This document shows, piece after piece, positions 21,189 through 31,179 of a stretch of DNA of 64,000 bases; the stretch's first letter is position 1; every line of letters begins with the position of its first letter. Both the position numbers and the translations under genes were made by a program. Location of the stretch: assembly GCA_965112635.1 (NCBI GenBank), contig OZ218778.1:64001-128000 (forward strand), written 5' to 3'. The DNA comes from an uncultured bacterium (GTDB taxonomy: Bacteria > Oederibacteriota > Oederibacteriia > Oederibacteriales > Oederibacteriaceae). Below the pieces are notes generated by a model. The model did not search any database and had not been told where the DNA came from. It saw only the letters and a list, made by a program, of their open reading frames with translations.

Positions 21189-23030
21189 CTACTTCGTTGG
21201 GTTATAGCTGCTCACGCCATTATTGGTCGCGAACCAGAGCGTGTCGCCTTTGACGGCGATGCCTTTGACGTCGCTCCCGGCCAAGCCCTGGGCGCTGGTA
21301 AAGGCCTGGACCTTCTTGCCCCTGAGCAACGCAGCCCCTCCGGATGTCGCCAGCCAGGTGTCATCGTCCTTGAACACGACGGCCCTGACCTCGTTGCCGG
21401 GCAGTCCGTTCCCCAGGCTGAAGACCTCCCACTTTTTATCGTTGCTGTAACGGGACGCGCCGCCCGCGGTGCCGAACCACTTGGTGTTCGCCTTATCCAC
21501 TGCCGCGCAATAGACCAGGTCATAGACCAGGCCCTGCGTGTGGTTCAGAGTCGTCCATTTGGTTCCGTTGAACATACTGACCCCATTCTCGGTCGCCACC
21601 CAGACCACGCCGCCGTGGCCCATGCATATCCCGTGGACATTATTGTTGGCCAGGCCGGAATCGGCGTTGATGACCTGCCAGGTCTTGCCCTTTTGGACAT
21701 TGATCCCGCCTCCCAGCGTGCCGACCCAGATCTTACCGTCAGCGTCCTTGGCCACGCTCGTGATGTCATTGAGGGAAATCCCTTCCTTTGTCGTATAACT
21801 AGTCCAAGCCTTGCCGTTAAAAACGCTGAGTCCGCCATGGGTCCCTACCCAGAGTTTTTCACCGTCAACGCAAAAACAGGTGACGGAATTGTTGGCCAAG
21901 CCGTCCGCGGTGGTATAGAGCGACCAGTTCTTGCCGTCGAACTTGTTGAGACCGGCATTGGTCCCGAACCACAGGATGCCCTTTTTATCCACGGTCACCG
22001 CCTGGATATTATTGCTCGAGACCCCGCCCGTCTTGGCCAGGCTGGCCCACTTGGCCCCGTCAAACCTGGCCGCTCCCGCATTGGTGGCCACCCAGACACG
22101 GCCTTGGCCGTCCGCCATGAGGTTGTTGATGAACCCGTTGCTGACCGCGTCAAAGGACGCGTAGTTCTGCCAGGCCTTGCCGTCGAACACGGACACGCCT
22201 TTGCCGTTGGTCCCGACCCAGACCTGGTCGCCCACGGCCGTGATGCTCTTGACATAATCGCTGGCCAAGCCGTCTTTGGTGCCGTAGGTCTTCCAGGCCG
22301 AACCGTCGAAAACACACACGCCGCCGCCGTTGGTGCCGGCCCAGATATTACCTTTTTTATCGACAGCGATCGCCGCTACGGAACCATTGGACAACCCGTC
22401 CGTCACCCTCCAGTAGGACCATTTGTCCCCGTCTTTCCTGACCACCCCATCCTCGGTGCCCATCCACACGCTCCCGTGATCATCCACGGCAAGGCCGTAG
22501 ATGATAGGGCTGCGCAATCCGCTGGTAACGCCCGCGTAGGGGTTCGCGGTCGTGGTCACGCCAGCCAGAGCTAGCACGTCCGCCGAGGGAGCTATGGAGG
22601 TCCACTGCTTCCCGTCCCAGATCGAAAGGCCCCGGTCGGACCCCACCCAAATCTTCCCTTCTTTATCCTCTGCGCTGCAGAGGACGAGGGGACTGACCAG
22701 TTCATTGGCGAAAGAGGTCCATTTCTTTCCGTTAAAGGAGGTGATCCCCTTGGCGGTCCCGAACCATTTGTGCCCTTGCTTGTCCACAAGGACCGTCCGG
22801 ACGTTGTTGGAAACCAGGCCGGAAGCGGTGGTATAGAACGCCTTGCGCTGCAAAGTCTTGGCGTCATAAACCTCCACCCCGCCGGTCGTACCGATCCAAA
22901 CCTTGTCTTTTTCCGCAGCCAAAGCCTGGGCCTGGCTGGTCACGGTATAGACCTGCCAGGTACCGGCAGCCACTTGGCTGGCGCAGATCAAAATCAGGGC
23001 CAGGCCCACCAAACTTATTTTTGTTTTCAT
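21189..23030 (-). CDS. Secreted beta-propeller protein with two-component regulator propeller (Reg_prop) repeats
   Basis: Signal peptide; repeats GL.SN.V..I..D..G..W.GT.GG...FDG..W; GGAGG RBS; no kinase or TM anchor. Confidence 0.85.
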   Translation of the reverse strand: MKTKISLVGLALILICASQVAAGTWQVYTVTSQAQALAAEKDKVWIGTTGGVEVYDAKTLQRKAFYTTASGLVSNNVRTVLVDKQGHKWFGTAKGITSFNGKKWTSFANELVSPLVLCSAEDKEGKIWVGSDRGLSIWDGKQWTSIAPSADVLALAGVTTTANPYAGVTSGLRSPIIYGLAVDDHGSVWMGTEDGVVRKDGDKWSYWRVTDGLSNGSVAAIAVDKKGNIWAGTNGGGVCVFDGSAWKTYGTKDGLASDYVKSITAVGDQVWVGTNGKGVSVFDGKAWQNYASFDAVSNGFINNLMADGQGRVWVATNAGAARFDGAKWASLAKTGGVSSNNIQAVTVDKKGILWFGTNAGLNKFDGKNWSLYTTADGLANNSVTCFCVDGEKLWVGTHGGLSVFNGKAWTSYTTKEGISLNDITSVAKDADGKIWVGTLGGGINVQKGKTWQVINADSGLANNNVHGICMGHGGVVWVATENGVSMFNGTKWTTLNHTQGLVYDLVYCAAVDKANTKWFGTAGGASRYSNDKKWEVFSLGNGLPGNEVRAVVFKDDDTWLATSGGAALLRGKKVQAFTSAQGLAGSDVKGIAVKGDTLWFATNNGVSSYNPTK

Positions 23031-23077
23031 ACCTCTACCTCCTTAGGAATATTTCGTAGCGGGTCAACTATCCCCGC

Positions 23078-24703
23078 TCATTTTTTGCCGCTGATCCTTT
23101 TAATCTTCCTGATTGAATCCGAGATGATATCCTGCACCCAGGCTCTTTTTTCCTTGTCCCTCGCATCTTCCAGGTCCGGGATGCACTGCGGGTCGCCTAT
23201 CTCCCCCAAGGAGTAAGCCACGGTCCAGCGTATCTCCGGCTCCGGGTCGTTGAGGAGTTGCACCAGGTCTGGGACCGCGGCATGGTCGCCTATGGATCCG
23301 AGGGCGCCGATGACATTGCCCCTGACCAGGGAAGAGCGGTCGTTGAGCGCTTCCCTTAGGGCGGAAACCGCCGAACGGTCCTGCATATTTCCCAGGGACC
23401 AGGCGGCATTGGCCCTGACGATATAATCGTCATCCTTGAGCGCGTCGATGAGGGTCGGGATGGCCGAGGCATCCCTCATATCCCCAAGGATAAGGGCCGC
23501 GCTGCGCCTTACCTTGGGCGGGCTCTTGGACTCCATCTCCTTGACCAGGGACAGGATGATGGACTGGTCTTCCGTATAGCCCAAAGCCACCCGCGCGATC
23601 TCTCTGACCTCAACATCCGAATCCTGCAACAAGCCCCGCAAGGCGTGAGTGGCCCTGTCATCGGTGAGATTGCCCAAGGCCGCGGCCACTTGGCCCCGGA
23701 CCCGCGGGTCTTTTTCCTTTAACTCCTCCAGCAAAGCGGGGATGACCCGATTATCCTTGAAATTGCTCAAAGCCTGGACCGCGCTGGCCCGAACCCTGGG
23801 GCTTTCATCCTTTAAAGCCTTGAGCAGGTCCGGGATGGCGGTTCGGTTCCTGAGCTCACCCAAGGCAAAGGCCGCCTGTTTCCTGACGGTAGGGTCTTCG
23901 TCCTTGATGGACTGCAGGAGAGGGTTCAGGGCAGCTTTGTCCTTCAAAAGTCCCAGGGCCCTGGCCGCCTGACCCCTGACCTCAGAGTTTTCATCCTTTA
24001 AAACATTGATCAAAGGCCGCACCGCGATACGGTTGCCCAAGACCCCCAGAGACATGGCGGTATTGATACGGACATCCGCATCAGGGTCCTTGAGGGTCCC
24101 CAGCAAAGCCGGGGCCGCGGACCGTTCCCCAATACGCCCCAGGATGGAGACGGCAATAAGCCTGATCCCCGCGTCGCTCTGCTTGAGGTCCTGCTTGGAA
24201 GCAGCCAGATTTGACTTGCCTTTCAAACCGCTCAGGGCCGCGACCACGGACCATCTCAAATTCCCTTGGTTGTCCACTAGGGCCGCCCCCAAAGACGACC
24301 TCCCTTTACGGTCTTGGATGGAACTCAAGGCCGAGATCGTCCTCACCCTGACCACCGGATCCTGGTCGCTCAAAGTGTTCATCAAGGCAGGCAAAGCCGA
24401 ACGGTCCCCTATGTTGCCCAGGGCCAGGACAGCCGCGCCCCTCACCTGGGTGCTCTCATCGTCCAAGGCTTCCACAAGACCCGTGACCGCGGCGTCGTCA
24501 CCCAGTTTCCCCAGGGTGTCCGCCGCTTTCTTCCGGATATCCTTATCCGGGGATTTGAGTTGGATAATATAATTCTGGACGGTCCTGCCCTGCTGCCGAC
24601 CTTCCAGGTAAAACAACAAGATAAGGCCCAAGACCAAGATCCCCACCAAGACCAAAGCGACACTAACCTGTCCCTGTTCCTTCCTAGAACTTTTCACCAA
24701 CAT
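23078..24703 (-). CDS. Membrane-anchored HEAT/PBS-lyase repeat protein
   Basis: N-terminal TM helix, then many L.D....VR..AA.ALG.L.D..A repeats. Start set at ATG 24703 (GGGGG RBS); ATG 24727 is an alternative. Confidence 0.85.
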   Translation of the reverse strand: MLVKSSRKEQGQVSVALVLVGILVLGLILLFYLEGRQQGRTVQNYIIQLKSPDKDIRKKAADTLGKLGDDAAVTGLVEALDDESTQVRGAAVLALGNIGDRSALPALMNTLSDQDPVVRVRTISALSSIQDRKGRSSLGAALVDNQGNLRWSVVAALSGLKGKSNLAASKQDLKQSDAGIRLIAVSILGRIGERSAAPALLGTLKDPDADVRINTAMSLGVLGNRIAVRPLINVLKDENSEVRGQAARALGLLKDKAALNPLLQSIKDEDPTVRKQAAFALGELRNRTAIPDLLKALKDESPRVRASAVQALSNFKDNRVIPALLEELKEKDPRVRGQVAAALGNLTDDRATHALRGLLQDSDVEVREIARVALGYTEDQSIILSLVKEMESKSPPKVRRSAALILGDMRDASAIPTLIDALKDDDYIVRANAAWSLGNMQDRSAVSALREALNDRSSLVRGNVIGALGSIGDHAAVPDLVQLLNDPEPEIRWTVAYSLGEIGDPQCIPDLEDARDKEKRAWVQDIISDSIRKIKRISGKK

Positions 24704-24763
24704 CCCCCTTGTGCAATCAGAATACAATGAATCTTAACGCCCCACCTCACCGTGGAACAACGA

Positions 24764-25597
24764 TCACTTTAATTTTTCTATCGCGGTCTTGATTTCCAGT
24801 CTCGCCAAGCCGTCTGTCTCCGCGTCCAAAGCATCCCTGAGGTCCTCTAAGACCCTCTTGTCTTTGAGTTCCCCCAGGGCGTAAGCGCTGGCCAGCCTGA
24901 CATTGGGATCAGTATCCTTGAGCAGCCTCTTTAATGCCGACAAGGCTGTCTTTTCCCTTATTTTACCAAGAGCTGAGGCGGCCATCACCTTCAATTCATT
25001 TTTTTCACTTTTCAAATTATCCAGAAGAACCGGAACCCCGCTGCGGTCCCCCAGCAACGCCAGAGCATAGGACGCCTGGATCGCCACAAAAGGGTTCAGG
25101 TTCTTGGTCTGGTCGGTGAGCACGGGTATCCCCGATTTATCGCCGAACTCGCCCAGGGCGGACGCCGCGTTGATCTGGACGGTGGGGTCCGTGTCCTTCA
25201 AGGCCCCCTGAAGCGGCTCGATGGCTTGCTTGTCCCTGATCTTGCCCAGGGCGGTTGCCGCGTTGCTGCGCACGATCATGGCCTTGTCCTGCAGGGCTTG
25301 GATCAGTCCATCCACGGCCTTTTTATCCTCCAGGGCCCCGAGGGCCACGGCCGCTTGCGAGCGCACATTGACATCGTCATCAAGAAGCCTGTTGACCAAA
25401 GCGGGAACGCACTCTTTACTTTTCAGCGTGTTCAACATGACCACGGCCTGAAGGCGTAACCTGGCCTCTTTGGAATCCAGCTGGTCGATATATTTTTGAA
25501 CATCCGTCTTTTGATCCGCGGCAAGGGATGCCGCCAGACACAGGATTCCCGCAACCAGGAACCCCTTCATCAAAAAAATTGCAACTAAACGGCGCAT
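24764..25597 (-). CDS. Secreted HEAT repeat protein
   Basis: Signal peptide ending ASLAA; HEAT_2-type repeats. Confidence 0.85.
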   Translation of the reverse strand: MRRLVAIFLMKGFLVAGILCLAASLAADQKTDVQKYIDQLDSKEARLRLQAVVMLNTLKSKECVPALVNRLLDDDVNVRSQAAVALGALEDKKAVDGLIQALQDKAMIVRSNAATALGKIRDKQAIEPLQGALKDTDPTVQINAASALGEFGDKSGIPVLTDQTKNLNPFVAIQASYALALLGDRSGVPVLLDNLKSEKNELKVMAASALGKIREKTALSALKRLLKDTDPNVRLASAYALGELKDKRVLEDLRDALDAETDGLARLEIKTAIEKLK

Positions 25598-25625
25598 TCA
25601 GCCTTCCCTCTCCAAAGATTTGATC

Positions 25626-27404
25626 TCAAGGCAACGCGATGCTGCAGACCCCGCTGTTCGTAGCGCACCAAAGAGCGTCATGAGAGTAAACGATCTTGCG
25701 TATCTCGCTGGAGGCGGCTCCCGAGGTCCCTTCGAGCGCCACGATCTTTTTCCCCTGCATCCTCGCCAAGCCCTCCGCCGTACCGAACCAAATTCCCTTA
25801 TCACTAACACAAATCGCCTTAACAACGTTGGAGGGAAGCCCGTCGTCCATGGTATAGGAGCGCCATTGACCGCTGTTAGACAGGACAGACACGCCTCCTG
25901 CTGTGCCGAACCACTTATTATTATCGCTATCCACGGCCACGGCGTAAACCACATCATTGGCCAACCCGTCTTTTTTGGCATAGTGGAGCCAATGGGAACC
26001 CGCAAAAACTCTCACCCCGTCCTCTGTGGCTAGCCAGGCCTGTTTTTTGTGGTCAAAAGCGATGTCGTGGACATAAACCAAGCCCTCATCTTTGCCGTAA
26101 TTGGTAAAATCCTGGCCGTCAAAAACAGAAATGCCGCCGCCCAGGGTCCCTATCCACAACTTGCCCTCGGGACCTTTCGCCAGCGCTGATACATAATTGT
26201 GGGCCAACCCCCTTTTGGTGGTGAATTTAGCCCATTTCTTCCCGTCAAACGAGGACAAGCCTCCGCCCGCTGTCCCGACCCAGATCTTCCCGTTTTCCAG
26301 GAGCAGGCTGACCGCCACATTGTTGACCAACCCGTCAGCGGTCGTATAAATCTTCCATTTCTTCCCGTCAAAACAATCCAGGCCGCGGTCCGTCCCGAAC
26401 CACTGATTGCCTTTGCTGTCAAAACCCACGGCAAAGATTCCGTTGCTGGCTATCTCGTTCTGGGCCACGAAGTTGTTCCATTTCTTACCGTCAAAACTGG
26501 CCAGCCCTCCGCCGGTCGCGAACCATAGCTTGCCGGAGGCCTCGGGAACCATGGCGTAAACATAATTGTTGGTGAGTCCTTCCGCGGGGGTATAAGTCTT
26601 CCATTTGCCTTCCCTGAGCACCGAGACCCCGTCCCCGTTGGCGCCCACCCAGATCTCCTCGTTGCGCTGGGTGATGCTGCGGACATAATCGCCGGCCAAG
26701 CCGTCCTTGGTTGTAAAGAACTGCCATTTGGAACCGTCAAAAATGCCTACCCCGCCGCCATTGGTCCCTGCCCACACGCCGCCCTTCTTATCGATAAAGA
26801 CCGCATAGATTGTATTGTTGGCCAGGCCCTCAGCGGTGGTCCAACGCGTCCATTTCTCGCCGTCCCAACGGGCCAACCCCTCTGCGGTCCCAGCCCAGAT
26901 GTCCGAACCGTTGCCCCGGACCAAGGAATAAACCGAAGTCGCCCTTAAACCGTTGGTCACATCATACTTGGTCCATTTGCTTCCATCCCAGACGGCTATC
27001 CCGTTATTGGTGCCAAACCATAACCTGCCTTTCTGGTCTACGACGCTGGAAAGCACGGAAGGGTCGGGCAGCTCTTTTTTCCAAGAATTCCAAGTATCGC
27101 CGTTATAAACAGAGATGCCCGCTGCGGTGCCGAACCAATGATGGCCCTTTTTATCGACAAGGACAGTCCTGACGTCGTTGTGGACCAGTCCTGAAGCGAT
27201 TGTAAAAAAATCTTCCCTATGTCCTGTGATCGTGGATACGACCTTGACCCCGCCTTTTGTACCCAGCCAGAGGTTGTCTTGATCTAAAACCAAGGCCTGC
27301 ACTTGGTCGGTATTTGTATAAACATGCACTTGGGCCAGGCCAACAGATACCCCAATGATCGATAAAACAGCAGAGGTAATTAATTTAACGACAATATTCT
27401 TCAT
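25626..27404 (-). CDS. Secreted Reg_prop beta-propeller protein, paralog of 21189-23030
   Basis: Signal peptide; same repeat; collinear with the paralog (ASGLV[SH]N[ND]VRTVLVDK.GH.WFGTA.GI). Confidence 0.85.
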   Translation of the reverse strand: MKNIVVKLITSAVLSIIGVSVGLAQVHVYTNTDQVQALVLDQDNLWLGTKGGVKVVSTITGHREDFFTIASGLVHNDVRTVLVDKKGHHWFGTAAGISVYNGDTWNSWKKELPDPSVLSSVVDQKGRLWFGTNNGIAVWDGSKWTKYDVTNGLRATSVYSLVRGNGSDIWAGTAEGLARWDGEKWTRWTTAEGLANNTIYAVFIDKKGGVWAGTNGGGVGIFDGSKWQFFTTKDGLAGDYVRSITQRNEEIWVGANGDGVSVLREGKWKTYTPAEGLTNNYVYAMVPEASGKLWFATGGGLASFDGKKWNNFVAQNEIASNGIFAVGFDSKGNQWFGTDRGLDCFDGKKWKIYTTADGLVNNVAVSLLLENGKIWVGTAGGGLSSFDGKKWAKFTTKRGLAHNYVSALAKGPEGKLWIGTLGGGISVFDGQDFTNYGKDEGLVYVHDIAFDHKKQAWLATEDGVRVFAGSHWLHYAKKDGLANDVVYAVAVDSDNNKWFGTAGGVSVLSNSGQWRSYTMDDGLPSNVVKAICVSDKGIWFGTAEGLARMQGKKIVALEGTSGAASSEIRKIVYSHDALWCATNSGVCSIALP

Positions 27405-27601
27405 TTGGCTTTTCTTTACCTACCTTCTAACTGTATTGATTCCTGATTCTTGTTTGGCTGAAGATAATAAAACCCAGCAAAAACAATATTTTTCAGCCAA
27501 CTTTATGCATATTTAACGAATTTTAGCATAATCCTTTTGCCTTCGCCTCTTTTTAAGCTTTTTTTTCCTTAGAAAATACGGCCCCTTTACATCCCCTTAA
27601 C

Positions 27602-27640
27602 AAAAAAGCACAAACAGGAATTTGACCCTGCTTGTGCTTT
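27602..27640 (-). terminator. Probable rho-independent terminator after the dprE2-like gene
   Basis: AAAGCACAA.CAGG / CCTG.TTGTGCTTT stem followed by a T-run on the minus strand. Confidence 0.6.
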
Positions 27641-27669
27641 AACCTGGCCCAAAATGAAAGACTGCTTGA

Positions 27670-28407
27670 CTACAACTTTAACCGTTTAAAAACTGCCTCC
27701 GGCAGGCATTTGATAATGGCCATGATCCAACGCCAGAACCAAGGGACATAAACGACGGATTTGCCTTTTTTCATGGCCTTATAAATAATCTTGCCCACTT
27801 TAGCCGGGTCAGCGAATAAAAGGTTTTTCTTCAGAGAAGCGGTCATGGGCGTGTCCACAAAGCCAGGTTTAATGGTGACTACGGAAACACCCGACCTGAA
27901 AAGCCGGTTCCTTAACCCTTGTAAAAAGACGTTTAATGCCCCTTTGGCTGTGCCATAGACATAATTGCTTTGCCGGCCCCTGTCCCCGGCCACTGAAGAG
28001 ATGACCGCCAAGCAACCGTGTTTTTGCTTCTCCATGTAATTGGCCAATAGGGTCAAAAAAGACACGATGCTGACAAAATTATTCTGCAATTCCGCAGCTG
28101 TTTCTTCTGGGTTTTTTTCACAGGTTTCCTGATCGCTTGGGGTCCCGTAGGCGATAAGCACCGCATCCAGGTTGTCCAGGGCCTTGAGCGCATTTTCAAT
28201 GATAAGGCCATGATGTTTCACCTGGCTCAGGTCTGCCGTGTAGATCTCGGCTTTTTGGGCCCCCCTGACCAGCAGGTCATCAGCCATTGCCTTGACCTTT
28301 TCTCCGGAACGGCCGACCAGGTACAACTCGGCCCCCTCCTTGGCCAGGATCTTGGCCGTCTCATAGGCGATAGCCGAATAAGCACCCAGGATCAAGACCT
28401 TTTTCAT
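27670..28407 (-). CDS. dprE2: SDR oxidoreductase, DprE2-like (decaprenylphosphoryl-2-keto-erythropentose reductase family)
   Basis: ILGAYSAIA, SSVAGDRGRQSNYVYGTAK (YxxxK), KPGFVDTPMT; ATGA overlap with the dprE1-like stop, so the true start is 28407. Confidence 0.8.
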   Translation of the reverse strand: MKKVLILGAYSAIAYETAKILAKEGAELYLVGRSGEKVKAMADDLLVRGAQKAEIYTADLSQVKHHGLIIENALKALDNLDAVLIAYGTPSDQETCEKNPEETAAELQNNFVSIVSFLTLLANYMEKQKHGCLAVISSVAGDRGRQSNYVYGTAKGALNVFLQGLRNRLFRSGVSVVTIKPGFVDTPMTASLKKNLLFADPAKVGKIIYKAMKKGKSVVYVPWFWRWIMAIIKCLPEAVFKRLKL

Positions 28408-29732
28408 CGCTGGAAAGCTCCTGTCACCCTCCTCCAGAAACTCGAGGAAAATTTTGGGTCGATATATTTGGAGAACTTTTCCCACTGGGGATAATAATTT
28501 TGGAAACTGCTGGCCGACATCCTGGCGTCCTTGGCCGGGTAGACCCTGCCCCCGCATCCCTGCACGACTCTGTCCAGCTCATCCAGCAGGATCAGGGTCT
28601 TCTCGCCCTTGTAGGGGAAATCCATGGCCAGGGTCGACCCCGGCATAGGGAAGGACATCATGCCCGGAGAGGCGACTTCCCCGAATTTCTTGAGCACTAC
28701 CAGGAATGAACCCGCGCCGGCCAGGCTCACCCTCCCCAGAAGTTCTTTGATCACTTCATGTTCCTGGGCCGGAGGGACCGCACACTGGTACTGCAAAAAT
28801 CCTCTTTTGCCGTACATGCGGTTCCAGGACTCCAGAAAATCCAAAGGGTAAAAGAAAGGGTCATAAGAAACAAGTTTACGGGTGTGTTTGGCTGCCTGCG
28901 AATGGTAATAAGTCGAATTGAACGCGCGCATGGAAAGACTGTTCAGGAGGATGGAGGGCATATCCAACGGGACAAAGGGTTTAAAACCCTCGGTTTTATA
29001 CCGGAATTTCCTGGTGATCTCCGGCCCCGCATGGTTGCCCCGGTAAAAATGGCCCCTGCCGATCTTTTTGCCCTTGGCCAGGCAGTCGATCCAGGCGACC
29101 GTGTATTCGAATTTCTTGTCCGAATCCGCGGCGACCTCAAAAAATTCTTTAAGGTCGGTCAGTTTGATGCTTTCTTTATCTATATAAGGGTTGGCGATCT
29201 TTTTCAGGAGGAACTCGGCCCACAAAATGATACCGGTCAAACCCATCCCGCCTATGGTGGCGCTGAAAAATTCCTTATTGTGTTCCGGGGAGCAGAGCAG
29301 CCGCTCACCGTTGGATCGTAAAAGCTCAAAACAGGTCACATGGCAGCCGAAGTTCCCGGACCGGTGGTGATTCTTGCCGTGCACATCATTGGCGATGGCG
29401 CCGGCCACGGTCACGAACTTTGTGCCTGGCGTGACCGGTAAAAACCAGCCCCGCGGTACGATCAATTTCAGGATGTCCGCCAGGCTGACCCCGGCCTCGC
29501 AGCGAAGGATCCCCCTTTGGTCATCGAACGAGATGTAGCGGCCCAGATAACTGGTATCGATCAATATGCCTTTGTCATTGAGGCAGCTGTCCCCATAACT
29601 CCGGCCCAGGCCGTAACAAAGCATGGGTTGGGTATAGGCGTCAAAATCAGGTTTATCGGAGCGCCAGCGCAAAGGGAGGACCTGGTTGGCCGTCAAAACC
29701 GGATATCTCCCCCAGGACTGATAGCTTTTCAT
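28404..29732 (-). CDS. dprE1: FAD-binding oxidoreductase, DprE1-like (polyprenylphosphoryl-ribose oxidase family)
   Basis: GLGRSYGDS, PVTPGTKFVTVAGAIANDVHGKNHH, YGKRGFLQYQ, GRVYPAKD motifs. Confidence 0.85.
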   Translation of the reverse strand: MKSYQSWGRYPVLTANQVLPLRWRSDKPDFDAYTQPMLCYGLGRSYGDSCLNDKGILIDTSYLGRYISFDDQRGILRCEAGVSLADILKLIVPRGWFLPVTPGTKFVTVAGAIANDVHGKNHHRSGNFGCHVTCFELLRSNGERLLCSPEHNKEFFSATIGGMGLTGIILWAEFLLKKIANPYIDKESIKLTDLKEFFEVAADSDKKFEYTVAWIDCLAKGKKIGRGHFYRGNHAGPEITRKFRYKTEGFKPFVPLDMPSILLNSLSMRAFNSTYYHSQAAKHTRKLVSYDPFFYPLDFLESWNRMYGKRGFLQYQCAVPPAQEHEVIKELLGRVSLAGAGSFLVVLKKFGEVASPGMMSFPMPGSTLAMDFPYKGEKTLILLDELDRVVQGCGGRVYPAKDARMSASSFQNYYPQWEKFSKYIDPKFSSSFWRRVTGAFQR

Positions 29733-30046
29733 GGATGGAAAACCTTTCCTTTACCAAAACTTGGCTGCACGAACTGGTCAATAGCAAGAACTTTCAGGAT
29801 TGAGGTTAAAATATCCTTTAAATATAAGCATGGCAACCAATACACTTCTCTTCGTAAACCAAAGGCTATCGCACCCTCAATGGGGTAGAAACTGATTAAT
29901 TGATCGTTCACCCTGGAATTTTCACTAAAATTCTCCAAAAGGGCCATTATTGGCTCTTTAAAAGATAGAGGTAGGCATTTCTTCGTCTGAATACATCCCT
30001 TTATTTATTTACAATCTAAAACTCTTTGGTTGCTATATTTAAAAAA

Positions 30047-30394
30047 TCATTTTTCTTTATCAAAAACCTTTAAGATTGTGGGTTTTAAAATTAACATATC
30101 TTCCTTCACGGATTTCCATACCACAGTCACGTTCATCCCAAAATAATGATGTATCAACTTATCCCTGAATCCTGCCATCTCCCGCCACGGCACCTCTGGA
30201 TACTTATTTTTAACTGTTTTGGGTATATTTTTAGAAGCTTCTCCAATCACTTCTAAGGCTCGAATCACAGCGTGGATTGTTTTTTCGTCTTTTTTAAACT
30301 GTGTTAAATCTATCCCTTTGACAAACTGCTCAATCCTTTCGATTTCTGTCAATATATCCTGCAATGAATCAATAAAAGACCTTTTGGATTTCAT
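30047..30394 (-). CDS. hepT: HepT-like HEPN RNase toxin (DUF86)
   Basis: LEVIGEA and RDKLIHHY (Rx4HxY) motifs; ATGA-coupled to the upstream MNT gene. Confidence 0.88.
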   Translation of the reverse strand: MKSKRSFIDSLQDILTEIERIEQFVKGIDLTQFKKDEKTIHAVIRALEVIGEASKNIPKTVKNKYPEVPWREMAGFRDKLIHHYFGMNVTVVWKSVKEDMLILKPTILKVFDKEK

Positions 30395-30711
30395 ACTGCA
30401 ATAACCTCATGCAAAATATTCTCACCGATATTAGGTTTTAATCCACTTTTCATCACCAAATCTACCTTTACCCCTAAAATGTCACTCAGATAATTTTCTA
30501 ACCCAACAAATTTGATTAGGCTGGGTGCCACATTAAACTCTATAAGGAGATCAAGATCACTTTGCCTATTTTCCTCATGACGCACATAAGATCCAAAAAC
30601 CCCAAGAGACTTTACCCCATAATGCTTTTCAAGCTGAGGCTTAACTCGTTTAAGATCAAGCTTAATATCACTCAAAGATTTTCCTTGTTCATTAACTCTT
30701 TTTCTTATCAC
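30391..30711 (-). CDS. mntA: Minimal nucleotidyltransferase (MNT) antitoxin
   Basis: GVFGSYVR..SDLDLL (GSx10DxD) and KVDLV motifs. Confidence 0.88.
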   Translation of the reverse strand: MIRKRVNEQGKSLSDIKLDLKRVKPQLEKHYGVKSLGVFGSYVRHEENRQSDLDLLIEFNVAPSLIKFVGLENYLSDILGVKVDLVMKSGLKPNIGENILHEVIAV

Positions 30712-30868
30712 AGCGATTTCTCTCCTAACAGAGTTGTTGTTGCGTTATCAAGGGAGCAGTATATCCTTACGGGTTATTTCATCTTCAGCCATAACCTGCT
30801 CATAGAAACAATAAAAAAACGCCCTTTCGAAAAAGAGCCTTTGATGACAACAAAGCTTTTGTCTGGGT

Positions 30869-31126
30869 TTATTTTGCCGCCCTTAATAGCTTCTTGTCAT
30901 TCCAAAGCTTTTTACGGTCAGCCGTTAGCGTGGTCATATCTTGGGCTTTCAATGCTTTGTTGCCGCTCTTGGTATCCGCTTTCAGCTTGGCTAGGTCGGC
31001 TTTGACAGTTGCCCTGTCCTGAACAATGGTCTGCTTAATCTGGTCTTTAGTAGTCTGTGTAAAGCCAAGAGTAAGCCCCCCCAATAAAAGGGATACCCCG
31101 ACTAAACCAGCCTTAATCTTTTTCAT
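30869..31126 (-). CDS. Small secreted Lys-rich helical protein
   Basis: GGGGG RBS, signal peptide, 85 aa. Confidence 0.7.
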   Translation of the reverse strand: MKKIKAGLVGVSLLLGGLTLGFTQTTKDQIKQTIVQDRATVKADLAKLKADTKSGNKALKAQDMTTLTADRKKLWNDKKLLRAAK

Positions 31127-31179
31127 TTTTTACACCCCCTGACCTGTTTTTGAAATTTTCCACTGAGCGTACTTGAAGC

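Noticed and set aside
29729-29996. 72-aa ORF coupled to dprE1, possibly with a third +1 frameshift
   Set aside because: No recognisable motif; the frame join could easily be chance.
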